Source: Perkinsus chesapeaki ATCC PRA-425
Lineage: Eukaryota > Protista > Perkinsozoa
Direction of reading: 5' to 3'
Assembly: GCA_013115145.1 (NCBI GenBank)
Contig: JAAPAO010000073.1
Coordinates: forward strand, 1 to 64,000
Length of the DNA stretch: 64,000 bases
The notes under the pieces were generated by a model, which was given only the letters and a program-made list of their open reading frames with translations, made no database searches and was not told the origin of the DNA. Below are positions 24,283-40,055 of the stretch, piece after piece. Both the position numbers and the translations under genes were made by a program. Each line of letters begins with the position of its first letter. Within the stretch, counting starts at the first letter, position 1.

Positions 24283-27200
24283 ATGTCCTTATTTGCTCCA
24301 AACAATACAACAGTCTGCGACAGCAATCTGTTCAACCAAGAGGATTGGCTTGAAGTTGTGTAACTTCGCTCTTCGGATGCCACTTGGCAATGCGTATTTC
24401 CCCATTCGTAGGTACATTGGTTCAGCCGTACTCTTCATTATGGCGCTACGCGGTTTGTCCAAAACCGAGACCGCCAAGTGAGTGCCGCTTCTTTCCTACC
24501 GTCTGCGTATCTTTTGTCCCACAGGTGGGGTAATATTTACGGCATACTCGGCATGACTGCCGCAGTCGCTGGGGCATGGGCCAGTCAATTCGTGTGCGAT
24601 GAGGGCTACTGGCTCATTGCTGTTGCCCTCTTCCCTGGTTTGATTATCGGGATTTTACTAGCAGGTCATAAATCCTATCCGCCTAATCTTCAACACCGAG
24701 CCGTCCCATTTCAGGTTACGTTACTATGATCCAGATGCCACAGATGGTTGGCCTGCTCAATGCCTTTGGTGGCCTAGCATCAGCCCTCGAGGCTCTAGGT
24801 CTCTTCCTCGACCCGAATGCCGAATACGGGCCTAACGGCTTCGCTCAAAGTAGTTATGTGAACTAAGTCTCTATGATGCCTCATTCAGTTGACTCATCCG
24901 AAAGAACAGCCGAGGTTGTCATTCAAACCATAGCCATGTTCCTCTCAATGATTATTGGTATGCTCACCTTTTGGGGATCTATTATAGCGTAAGTAGGCAT
25001 AATAGCCATCTCAGTTGAAGCTCCTGCTTCCTCAGATGCCTTAAGCTTAATGGCAATCTGGCATCTAAGGCTCGAGTACCTCCTTTCCGTACTGTTATCA
25101 CCCTCCTCATAATGGCTGCCATTGTTGCCTTCTGCGTCCTTGCTAATCATGAAGGGTATCTTTGAGCACCAGCCCGCGTTGTAACTATTGCTTGTCAGTT
25201 ACGGCAGTGGCCTCGGTCTTATGTACATGCTCTTTGTGGCAGCCCTATCCTCCATCTGGGGCGTGCTCTCCGTTATCGCTATTGGGGGTGCCGACATGCC
25301 TGTTGTCATTTGCATCCTCAACACTGGCTCCGGCTTCGCAGGGGTCTGCGCTGGTAAGCTCCAAGCTGTCTTTTTTCTCACCGACTACGTCTACTTCAGG
25401 TTTCATGCTCGCAAATAAGCTGCTTGTCATTACCGGTGCTTTCGTTGGCTGCAGCGGTGCCATCCTCTCTGTTATCATGTGCGAGGCTATGAACCGTTCC
25501 CTTTGGTCAACTCTTGTTGGTGGTTTTGGTGAGGGTGCCTCGTCTGGTGGTGCAAAGGTCGAAGGAGAGATGCGAGAGATAGGCTTAGAAGAACTGGCAG
25601 AGACTCTGAATAGCAGCAAAGAAGTTATCATTGTAGGTTGCGCAACCGCTGCCAGTTGCCAAATATAACTCGCCTACCAGGTCCCCGGTTATGGTATGGC
25701 TGCCGCCAAGGCCCAGCATGCCGTGGCGCAGGTTACAGAGATCTTACGCAGCAGAGGTATACGTGTTAGATTCGGCATCCATCCGGTAGCTGGCCGCCTC
25801 CCAGGCCATATGAATGTACCGGACCTTTACCATCGGACCTGCTCAGTATCCTATTAGGTCCTTTTGGCTGAAGCACGAGTGCCGTATGATATAGTCTTGG
25901 CTATGGACGAGATCAATGATGACTTCCAGAAAACTGATGTTACCATTGTCGTTGGTGCGAACGATATCGTCAACCCAGCTGCCGCTGAAGATCCTACCTG
26001 CCCGATCGCTGGTAACTAAGCTCGCTACTCTGGTTCGTTCCTCAGTCGTCCATGTGGCAGGTATGCCTGTGCTTGAGGTCTGGAAGAGCAAGTTGACTGT
26101 GGTTATGAAGCGTGGTCGTGGCGCTGGCTACTCAGGCGTTGAAAACCCCTTATTCGTTCGTGAAAACAATAGGATGTTCTTTGGCAGTGCTAAGCCGAAG
26201 ATGGAGGAGCTCGCCGGAAGGTAAGGTCACCTGTTAGATGCTGTCGCCATGCTTCTGGACAGGTTGCTCGAGTTGGCTGCCGGCGGGCATGCTGAGTCCG
26301 GAAAAGTGGCGGACACCCCGCACGAGCCAGCTCAGGAGCCCGACTCTGAGGCAACCGTCGCCGCTGAAGCTGTTGTGGCCAGAGAGACCTACTACAACCT
26401 AGGCGTGCTGAAGGATAGATACCCTGGCGAGAAGCGAGTCGCACTGGTAAGAATAATAGATCCCATTCCAGGTAGCATATCTCGAGCCCCTTAGGTTCCG
26501 AGCATCTGCGCAAAGTTGTATGAGAAGGGTTACGCAATCAACGTCGAGAGTGGCGCAGGCGTTGAAGCAGGGTTCTCTGATGATGCTTACAAGAATGTCG
26601 GATGTGTTATTCTCCCGGACACCGCCACTGTCTGCGATAACTCCCAGGTGGATCTGGAACCATTGGTTGATCTCCCTCACTTTTCGTCGTTTCAGATGGT
26701 ATTTGTTATTCGCCCCCCTGCCGTAGACGTACTGGCCCATCTCAAAGGCAAGTACTGTGTATCATGGGTTGGCCGACTCACCGATGCCGGCAAGAAGTAG
26801 TCTAAAGTTGAAGCCCCCCTGCGTGGAGCATCCGATTACTTCAGAGAGATAGAGATTGCCAACGGTGAAGGTGTCAACGTTATCGATGTTACAGCTGTTC
26901 CTCGTATCACCATTGCTCAGAAGCTTGACTGTCTCTCGAGCCAGGTAAGGCTCACTCTCGCACAGGTCTAATCAGGACTACCTTCCCTCAGGCTAAGATC
27001 GCTGGCCATCGAGCGGTACTGGAAGCTGCCCATGAGTACCAGAAGTTCTTCGCGCCCGAGATCACTGCTGCCGGTGAGTCCCCGTCGTTCTACCTTTTAT
27101 CAATCTATTCTCGTATAGGCAAGTATCCCCCCTGTCGAGTGATGGTCCTTGGTGCTGGTGTCGCGGGTCTGGCTGCCATCGGCACAGCCGTGTCGCTCGG

Positions 27201-28694
27201 CGCTGAAGTTAGGGCATGGGACGTAAGTTCAACCTGCTGGTGTCCTTAGGTTGCTGTTATCTCGATATTTAGGTCAGAGATGTTTCAGATCAAGTGGAGT
27301 CTATGGGTGGCAAGTGGTTCAGTGTTGATTTCAAAGAGGAGGGAGCCGGCAGTGGAGGCTATGCCAAGGAGAGCAGCGATGCCTTCAAGGAGGCCCAAAA
27401 AGTGGCATCACCCTCGAGTCGTTCGTCTTGTTGATGTCACGTGTTTAGGCTACCTTCCACAAGCACGCTAAAGAGTGCGATATCATCATCACCACTGCTG
27501 CCATACCCGGTCGTCCGAGTCCAAGACTGATAGAAGGATACATGGTGGGCTCACCGGGCTACAGTCTGTTAGAATCGCAGCCCTCAGGTCAATTCCATGA
27601 AGCCAGGGTCGGTTATCGTCGATCTGGGTGCTGAGGGGGGCGGCAACTGTGAGCTCACGAGGAAGGGCGAATCCTATCTCTACAAGGGGAAGGTTTGTCT
27701 CACTCACCCATCATGACGTTGCATGATCATCAGGTTCGTATCATCGGCTACACCGATATGGGCAGTCGTATGGCGGACCAAGCCTCGACTATGTTCGCTG
27801 CCAATATGCTCAACTTCTTGACTCACGTACATTCGAAGGGCCCTGAAGACGTGAGACTGTTGAAAGCAGCACTTGATATGACCGAGATCTGTCAGGGCCG
27901 AGATGCTCGTAGCTTCATAAGTGCATTCGAGGCTAATATCAATGAGTCCCCTGAAAGTGATATCATAATAAGAAGCATAGTGTGCTGCAAAGATGGTCAA
28001 GTAAGGGACTGCCTCCCAGTACTTCCCCGCAACATCATCCAACATCAGGTCCTCAAAATGCCTCCGCCGCCCCAGCCCAGTCCTGTCGCGCCCAAGAACA
28101 CTGACGCTGTCAGTACCCCTGGCGGTGTTGGCCAGGTAACTCTGCGTGCTCTCTAAACCACCCTTGTCTGTATCTGTTCGCAGGTTAGTGCCGTTGGAGG
28201 AGGCATACTTGCATCGTCGCAGTTCTTGCTTCTCGTTGCGGCAGTCATCCTCGTGATCATCGCGATATGGGCACCTAGGACATTCATAGATTTGTTAATG
28301 GTGTTCGTCCTAGCTGGATTCGTAAGCCTCCGTCACTTACTACTCCACGCTTACCCGCTCCTTCCCTTAGGTCGGCTACATGCTGGTGTGGAACGTACAA
28401 CCAGCCCTACACACCCCCCTCATGTCGGTTTCGAACGCCATTTCGGGACAAGTAACACAATGTTTCTGCACTAAGATTCCTCCTTTATCTCGTTAGGTTA
28501 TTCTTGGAGGCATCTTCATGGTATCATCGGATGAAGTTGCCACGCAAGTCTTTGCAGTAGCCGCTATAGCCATCGCCGCCATCAACATCGGCGGCGGTTT
28601 CATGGTGAGACCGGTCAGAGTATCTTTCATGTCTACTACTTGTGTACAGGTAACTCACAGAATGCTTGCCATGTTTAAACGAGATACGCGCTAG
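24283..28694 (+). CDS. NNT: Proton-translocating NAD(P) transhydrogenase, single chain in beta-alpha order
   Basis: Beta membrane domain ([25 protein letters not shown]), dIII ([29 protein letters not shown]), linker, dI ([28 protein letters not shown]) and C-terminal alpha TMs ([16 protein letters not shown]...THRMLAMF). Confidence 0.95.
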
Positions 28695-29807
28695 TGGTCG
28701 AGACTGTAGTCGTTTCACAGTTCCAACTGATACATTGACCTGCTATGATATTTCGGGGCGATTCCCTTCCTATTAGTCCTTGCCTGTGTAATTTTAATAC
28801 CATATAACTTCCTTTATATGAACTAGCGCTCAATGCCTAAGTTCAGCACTATCGGTTCTTTATTCTATTACTTTGCTGCTGTTTTCCGACTTTCCCAGTG
28901 CGGAGGATCGGTACGATCATTTGCGACATAACGCAGATTAATTGATTGTGTGACGTCTTAACAAGTATCAAATGTGCTCTATCGGCAGCAGAGCGCTCGA
29001 CAAAAGATGAACTTGTCTTCAAGCTTCGTTTGTGTTGCGTACTTGGGGGCTCGGACCTGTACAAAGATACACAAAGATCCTATGCACAATGAATCGTGCC
29101 CCGATACCAGCGATGGTCTATGTGAGAGTTGAAGTCTGTCCTTTAGTAAGGATTGTGCTAATTAGCACAGAATTAATCCTAGCATTTAATAAGAAGTCTA
29201 ATTTGCCATCAACCTTCCGGCTATATATAACTATCGAGCCCAATATCGATTAGTTGCGCAGTGCGCAACTTGCGCAGAGAAACTGTGATTGCGTACACAT
29301 TGATTGGTGCAGAGCTTAAGTGCAGTTATTGCGCTTATACATATTGTCCCAGGGTAGTAGTATTGGTATTCTGGCTCAAGCTTTTTTGTTGTGTTATTCT
29401 TCAGAGTTCATCAAGTAAAACCGCGACGGAAGGGAGACGGTCACAAGGCTTGAAGGGTGACACAAGGAGAGCACGTCACACGCGTGCGTGCTATTTTCCT
29501 TGTTAATGTGCGCATCTCATAACTCATCAGGTCCACTAGGACTAGCAACTGCGATGGGATAGGAAATAGAGTCAGAGTATCTCCTGTACCCTTTTTGCAT
29601 CAATATGACCTTGATTTCTACATTTAAGCGGACCTACACCGCACCGAAGATAACACGTGCCTCTCATTAGGACTACCCCGATTCCAGTTTTCCACTTGTT
29701 TAACGGTATATGATGCTGCTCTTTAACCTCGATAGAGTGATACTTCTCGTATTGCTTCTCACTGGCGCTTGCATAAGTCATTACTTCGGCGGGGCGAGGC
29801 ACGGCCG

Positions 29808-31414
29808 ATGGCCTACAATACCATGGAAGAGCGCCCGTCTTTCTGGCCCTAGGTGAGTTCGCTGCTGTCCTTCTTCGGGTATAGTCACTTCAAGGTCCAA
29901 GGGAACCCCGCATGATTTAGTGGAGTCGCTTCCTTCCCCCAAGTCCAAGGAGAAAGCTCAAGCTATGCTCCGCAACGTCGTGAAGATATGCCCCGTTTGC
30001 GGAAAAGCGTGTGCTGTAACCCTCAGCAATTGTACGAAGCAGCGCAAATATAGCGCTTCAGTGTACCTTCCTCCTCTTAGGCAATAGCTGTTCTGCAGAT
30101 CTCACCCACGTTGACGAGTCGTTCACCGAAAATGCACTGATGAGTTTTGCCTTGGGTATTGAGAGGACATCTAAATACCCTCTCACAGTCTCTGTACGAG
30201 ACCAGGTAGGTGGAAGCAGCATCCAATTCACGCGGGAACGTGAATTGTTAGTCCCCTTCATATCTGTGCTACGATGACCTATTGGCCGTAAGCCCATGTC
30301 ACCTCAATGTCATACCTACTGATAAGTATATACCAGATTGGCGCTGGTTGCTTACTAGACCCACACGAGGGCTTCGTATCATCAAGGTCGATCTCATCAG
30401 CTTCTAATGCGGGGATCTACCTCCTCATCATTTCAGTCTTTATACGGGATTGCCAAACGCGTCGCCGTTGAACAGTTCCTATCAAATCATGATTATGTAA
30501 GGGAGATGTACAGTCCTGAGGTTGCAGAGCAAATTCTCAAGGACCCGAGGTGAGCCAGGGTGGAAAGCTTTACAGGGTAGTGGTTTTTATCACTGGGCTG
30601 AACAGGTCTTTCGTGGAAGAATATGCATTTGTTGGCTTCAACTACCCCCCGTCCCAGATGCAGTTACACCTCCAGTTTGCGGTAGAGTCATCCTCACTGG
30701 AAGCCGCAAGCACTGTGCGCTCTCCCATTTAGCTGCCGCCCCTGACCCCGTTTCAATCGTATCTTCTTGGACAAGGTCAAAATTACCCTGATCTACGTAG
30801 CTTCGACTACCACTATGTTGAAGAGGTTATTCTTCATTGCACATGTTCCTACAGCTTGCTCGATTAGGTTCTAGAGAGTGTCGTAAAATCCTCGCAGACC
30901 ATAGATATTTCGAATCTAACCGATGCAGCTAAACTAGTCGAGCACATCAGAGAGCACACAGGTGTGGATTATTATTCTCATCAACGAAAGATTGCAGCTC
31001 AACATACAAGTCAGAATATTGCTGTGGCGAACTGGAAGGTGAATCACTGCCCAGTTAATCGGCTCTATTTTGTATTGCGTTTCAGGCGGATAATTTCGAC
31101 TTCATGATTGTTCCCACATCTTCCCAAACTAATGAAGATGTGGTCTTCTCACTGCGTTCTGGAGAAGTGGTTTTCAATGTTTCCTCGACCGCCATCGTCG
31201 CCAGGGATAAGGTAGATGAAAAAGCTTGTAGATGATGCTTTGCAAAGCAAATGGTACCCAGTTAACCTTGCAAAACTACGGAAGGCCATACTCGGCGAGC
31301 GGCGAGCCTACAGGGAACTATTATAGGTGAAGCGACTGTGATTCAAGCTGAGTAGTGTCCACACTATACAGGTACGCAAAGCATCCTGACTCTATCGAGG
31401 ACTGGACAAACTGA
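29808..31414 (+). CDS. Zinc-ribbon + HIT-superfamily-like protein (DcpS/GalT-like motif)
   Basis: Spliced exons give KICPVCGKACAVTLSNC/NSCSADL, HLNVIPTDKYIPDWRWLL, GFNYPPSQMQLHLQF and LQNYGRPYSASGEPTGNYY...IEDWTN*. Confidence 0.6.
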
Positions 31415-31624
31415 TATGCACCCATTTACAACTCCATCGCGTGCTCGCAATCTGAGATCGTTTTTTCTCGACAATGGATTTCTATCTTACTCAGACCGTT
31501 TGCTTAAGCAATAACCGGTAGCGGCACTTGATGAGAGTTTACTATATCTCCCTATGGCCTTGTGTTTGAGATCATTATTTAGAATAAGGCCATGTCGAGC
31601 ACGGCGAACCGGATGCAACTGTTA

Positions 31625-32208
31625 TCAAGTCCCTAGTGGAGATTCTTGCTTGGAAAATGATACCATGAAGAGTGTGTCTAACCTTCTCACTGAGAAAAGT
31701 AGCACCTTTGGCAACCCAATGCCAGGAGCCGTGGTCAATGAGGGTACCCCGGAGAAGGTTTCTCCGAACAGTCTTGTATGCGATGTAAGGCATCCGATAC
31801 AATGGGAATCATGGGCGATTCTGATAGCCAGTGGGCAATTTGATTGAGGTCCATTATACGACACACCAGCATGGACCTTGGAGCAAGTTGCTGGATAGAA
31901 GGGGCCACATCAGTACCGACGCCTTCCATGATAGCCGATACAGAATCCGAATACTTCCGAACGAAACATTGATCCTTTTGAGACTCTTTAAATGACATGT
32001 GGAAGTATCCAATAGTAGCTGGAATCGACCAAGTCAGGATTGGGCGAACGAAGTAATGGCATTGCTCTTCTTGTTGCGTGGCGAATACACTTCTGCAATC
32101 ACTGCCAGTGATACCTGCGACTCGGATATAATCAGGGACTAGTTGGTGGATACTGCCGACCTCTGGCACTTCGTGGCCATCAGATTCTGAGGGGTTCTCG
32201 ATCTTCAA
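31625..32208 (-). CDS. Possible small hypothetical gene
   Basis: 157-codon ORF plus an overlapping second-frame ORF. No recognisable motif. Confidence 0.25.
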
Positions 32209-32258
32209 TGTCTCCTAAAACAAGGGACACTTCACACAAGTAGGGGCCATCTGGCGCA

Positions 32259-35081
<2,823 letters not shown>

Positions 35082-35535
35082 TAGTAACAATAGTAATGTC
35101 TTTCCACCCAGGTTCGAACCCCGGCGGCGACACTATATTATACTCCTACTTCCTAACACAAGCAGCGACCGGCTCAATGATAATACAAAGGATGGGGCGT
35201 AGTTTCCACTATCCTTCCAAGCTTTAAAGGCCAAGCGTAGTTAAAGTGGACGGAGATGATACTGAAGAGGTAGGTTGGCTATGGTCTAATAGGAGATTAT
35301 ATCTCGAAGCATTACCGGACCTATGGTTCGTTTAATGACCTGCTTGAGAGAGCGGCCAATCCGATATTCTTATCAATGTAAAAGATGATTAAATCTGGAA
35401 TCCTTTCGCTGGACGGCTCCTCCATCAAGTTCGATATCGTGACAATCTTGCACTCTTAAGATTCCTCAATGGTCACATTTCCAACCGGGATCGCACAGCA
35501 CAGGTCGTCGTCGTGTTGCTCTTAGTGGAGGTAGG

Positions 35536-36948
35536 TCATGTGGGGTAGTATAGAGGTTGATAACCCAGATGTACAGGAGGAGCCATGGTGCAGTCATGGG
35601 CTGGATTGGTTATGCTAAAATAGGGCACATGGGGGATCTTTATACTACCCAGGTGTATGATGTCGGCACTGGAGCAGTTGACTGAGTATTGATGCTTGGA
35701 GATTAATGGCACCTCCACCGCCTGGACGTAGTAGTCAACAAATTAGACGAGGGTCGCGACAAGACTCTCAAATGAGTCTTGAATTCTTTAACCAGAATAA
35801 ACCAGATTATAAAGGTCCACAGTTCATCAACACCCCAGGATGGATACCCGGTCACGCTCAGCGGGATGATGTGGTAGGAATGACGACGACAAGTGTAATT
35901 TAGTAGTATCGCTAATTGTGGCTACCCTCAGCGCCTGCACCATGCTGGTGTTAAAAAGACCGACGCACTGTCCTGGTAAGCGTTGTTGTTGTTTTCTGTT
36001 TTGTTATTGTTGATATTACAGCGCGCCTGTTATTAACAAAGGGGCATATAAGAATCTACAGGAAGTAGCAGTAGCTCCTAGAGGAGCCTATGTACGCCAG
36101 TCAACCAAGACGGCATCTAAGTAGGCTCAACAATCAAGGGTATATGGGCTAAGGATAGGACGACCTGTTCAGGGATGACAAACCGAAGGACTTGGGAGAG
36201 CGATTGGCGCAGTGTGCGACCAAGGGGGAGATATCGGTAAGATGACGGAGCTACGTGTGGGGTGGTAATTTGGTGGTCATCATGGTCAGTGTCATAAGAC
36301 TAAGCGATCGAGAGAGAAGCGACGGTTCTTGCAAAGAGGGGACGAGTTTATTAAGAAAGCTTTGAAGAATAATAAAATTGAGGAGCCTAGATTCGGCAAT
36401 AGGGAACCAGTAATAGCTGGGGACATAACTTGAGACGCTTTTCATACCGTTTCCTCCATTTATCAGGTCAGATTGATGGTAGACTACCCTCCAGAGATGT
36501 CTGGCCAAGATGCTGATGGTGATACTGGCCGCTCCACAGCTGCTGCCTCACCTGGCCACCAAGGTACCTTCGCTGGAAACAGCATTGTCGCATCTCCTCT
36601 CAGACCATCATCCTATCAATCCGAAGGTTAGATCCTTGAAGTTGCCTATACCTTCTCGAGCAGCCAGATTGAACTCCCAGGATGACGTGGCCCCTATAAT
36701 AAGGCTGTTGAGGATGCTGGGGATCTGTGGCCATAGCAAAGCCTCGTCCCCGCCTCCGAGGAAGAGCCTTGAGAAAGTCATCCCCGGTGGATGATATTGC
36801 CATGTGAAGTAATTCGTATAAGTTGTCATCACTTCCAACCCTTGGTCATGTATCATTGTACCAATAATGTTGTCTACCAAGCCTTACCTTTGTTGTGTTG
36901 GTTAGCACTAGTGAAGACGCCGCACTTGTCAGCAGCAGCAGCAGCCAT
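35536..36948 (-). CDS. Multi-exon hypothetical protein (unresolved)
   Basis: ORF segments 36608-36880, 36251-36508 and 35536-35718 are separated by GT-AG-bounded spacers. No family recognised. Confidence 0.35.
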
Positions 36949-38836
36949 GTCATCTAGAAGCGAATATCTTAGACATGTTCTGGCGGTGTCCACACGTAAG
37001 TGTAGGCTAATATTATAGAGTATATCGACTGTACAGGACCCTTGAAGATCCAAGAGGCTCGACCACCATTCAAAGTTAACTCCTGGCGAGGTCTGCCCTC
37101 GGCCTATCCTGGCCTTGATTACAACACGATGGTAGTTCGATTGCGGTATGCGGTTGAAGTTGATATGCTCGATGAAGGAAGAGGAGCAGCAGCGGTGAGT
37201 GATAAACTGGTATTATGGGGGAGGACTATTCCTGGTGGAAGGCCTCGCTAATGCTAGGTGGAGCTAAGCGTTGATGATGATGATGGTCTATGTGAGTTTA
37301 TAACACAGCATGTTAGAGATCCTCAGAGGTAGGCTGGTCAGCGGTGGAGGAGGAGGAGGGGCTCCTTGGTAGCTACACAACACCTTAAATGTATCTTTTA
37401 ACATGCCTGAAAGTTAATGTCGTTTACGGTCAAGTACCTAGGGGAATCGATTTAGGGGTTGGGGGAGATGCCAGGTTGGGTGACACGACACCTAGGTCAT
37501 CTAGTGTGGAATTCCGTCCTTTCTCAGCTCTCAGTATCTCACCTGCGCAGACTGGGACGGAACCTGACGGATGTTTCTCGCACAGTGCTACGAATCTACG
37601 TCGGATGTTGAACACCAGCCGGACTTGCGTCCCTTCCAGCACGACGCTGCTCTCATCTTTCTGCATATTACTGTTTCAATCTCCCTTACCATTTGCCCTG
37701 TCCAACCAATCCCCCTTCCCTTATCCTCTGCTCTCATCCCCCCAATCAGTTCCTGTGTATCCTGCGTGTATGGTTGCTTAACATGGTTGTCATCCCTCAG
37801 TATCTGCCCCTGTATCTATCATTACGATGTACTATAACAAACCTCTCAACTATTCATGACTCTACCCACTTGTAGGTCCAGGCGCTCCTCCACCGTCCGA
37901 GGCTCTTCATGCTCAGTCAAGGTGACTTGGGCTCCTCTAGTTTTTATAAATCGTGTCTTCCCTCAGCCCAGTGGGATACTATCCTGGCAAGGAGTGGCAT
38001 TCTCACCGCCGGCAGCGCCCCCCTCCAGTGTCTAGATATCGGTGCCGGGTGTGGCGACCTTACATCACAGTTCATGCATCTGTTCCAGGGCGGGGTAACC
38101 GCCACGGAAGTCTCGAAAATGTGATGACCGTCCTTCCCTGCCGCACACCACTCGACTGAGTCGACTGTCATTTTCAGTATGTGTCGACGGTTAAGTAAGT
38201 TGGGCATTCGAGCAGTGCGAACGATGGACCCTACGCTCGCGAAGGTGTCCCCAAATCTGCGCAAATTTGAAGCCGTTTTCTGCCTCAACGTCCTGGACAG
38301 GTAGGCATGTGGCTGCGTGGCGTGAGGAAGCTCATGTTGTTCAGGTGCCAGTCTCCCGATGCCCTCATCAAACGCATCGCCGAATTGGTACCTTGCCACC
38401 ACTGACTGTTCTTTGACCCATTTCTATCGTTTCAGGTGAAGCCTGGTGGTACCGTTGTAGTGTCTATCCCTTTGCCGCTAGCTCAGCTAGATGCCTCTAA
38501 GGCAGCGGAGCAACAGCAGCACTTGGTGAGAAGGCCTGCTGCTCATTGCTGCCGTAGTAGTCGTAGTAGCCTACCACTCCTTATCAGGTTCTATCCAACA
38601 ATAACTCCTTTGAGGAAGCTGCCAGCTGTTTTTGGTAGGCGGCGGCCTTGTGATCAGCAGTTGTGCAGTCGACATCAGTTCTGCCCATAATCAGGTCCGA
38701 GTTCCTCGAACCTACTGGTTTTTTCACTCTTGCAGCGTTCACCCGATGCCCCTACATCTGTACTGGGCCCATAGGAGACCCAATCCTTCCCCTTGATGAT
38801 GCCCTTTTTGTTTTAAATAGAGTATCTTCCAACTGA
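36947..38836 (+). CDS. METTL9: METTL9/DREV-family protein-histidine methyltransferase
   Basis: QALLHRPRLFMLS, CLDIGAGCGDLT...VTATEVS, FEAVFCLNVLDR, VVVSIPLP and AFTRCPYICTG...LDDALFVL match the DREV family. The 5' exons are less certain. Confidence 0.8.
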
Positions 38837-38905
38837 GTTTCTGTTATTATGCTGCACGCTTCTAGTTGTCAATTTGTGTCCATTGGTGGATGGTTAAGAT
38901 AAACT

Positions 38906-39490
38906 ATGCTTTCTATAATAGAAGGGACAAGCCGTCGACGGGGTGCAGGGAAAGCCCTACCAGAGCCGATAGACTGGCAAGGCACACAAGTGCGTGTTTA
39001 CCACCTCCCGAATAGAGCTACTTGGTTACTCAGACAGCAACCGCGATACATGGTATTGGTCTCGAGACGAGGAGCTTTGGAAGGACCTCTAACACTGGTA
39101 GGGTTTGACAGTACGAGCATCATGGAAAGCTTGGATCGGTGTCAGTCGGTCAGCATGTACAGTGTAACAGTCATGAAGCTCCTAGTTGCCAAACCCACAC
39201 TGCTCATCACCTTCCACCAGCCGGGGCGGAAGGTAGCCTCCAGTTCCGCGGGGGGTGAACGGGCAGTGTGGGATGTAGGTGACCGAGTCAGTGCGTTCTA
39301 TCGTAACACAGGAGCCCGCCGCAATAGGATCGAACCAGCATTTCGAGACACTAAGGGTTTTGGCAGGTGAAAATGCAGCTACTTTAAATGCCTCCTGTAC
39401 CTTCCTTCAGACCTCTTCCTCCTCATCCCTGGGTTGGCAGCAATGGCACCCTATCTTACCGAACTCCGAGGGCTTCCTCTGGGTAGGTGA
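38906..39490 (+). mobile_element. Possible degenerate IS4/IS701-like DDE transposase C-terminal fragment
   Basis: FYRNTGARRNRIEPAFRDTKGFG fits R-x3-E-x6-K of the YREK signature, preceded by LLITF. An in-frame stop follows at 39368. No terminal inverted repeats identified. Confidence 0.3.
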
Positions 39491-40055
39491 CAGTGCCATC
39501 AAACATGACTTAGTACGCCTGCTGCCAGTTGCCCGTCTGGCGATTGCGTGTCATCTCGGCTGAGCACCTGTTCAAGCAGCAGGTCTAGCAGCACGTTGTA
39601 CACTGTTAAGTCGAAGTCATCTCGTGCAAGGTAGCAACAGACACGTGATCAGGCCATGTCGTGGCTAGTAGTGACGACAACTCCTCTGGGCCGTTGAGCT
39701 GTTCCACCAGTGAAGCCTACGCTAGAGCCTCCTGGGCATTTACCAATCAACCGATGTATAGGACGTACAATCGTGAATATGGTCAGCCATTCAACAGAGG
39801 GGCTCGTGGAAGGCGATTGGTAGGGGGGGAGGTCACAAAGTGTGGAAGAATTGCTCTCAGATACACCACGAGGATCGCCGCACTCCGGCTGGCTATGCCT
39901 ACATTGGTTACCCAGATGATAGATTTAGGGAGTTCTACCCGTATCATTGATACCTGTCATACATGAGCTTATGCCGGTGTCTTCTTCAATAAAGATACTT
40001 GTGTTGGTCGTCGCTTTCAAGCACTTTGTGAGCCTCTCCATGTTAGAGCTTTATT

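Noticed and set aside
29370-29380. Match to the 3' end of the perkinsid/dinoflagellate spliced leader (tctggctcaag); also tagccatcttgg near 11488
   Set aside because: Only 11-12 nt, no following GT donor or Sm site, and the second lies in coding sequence. Compatible with chance.
35105-35125. tRNA T-arm/B-box-like ccaggttcgaaccccgg
   Set aside because: No remaining cloverleaf or A-box; sits in the MTHFR upstream region.
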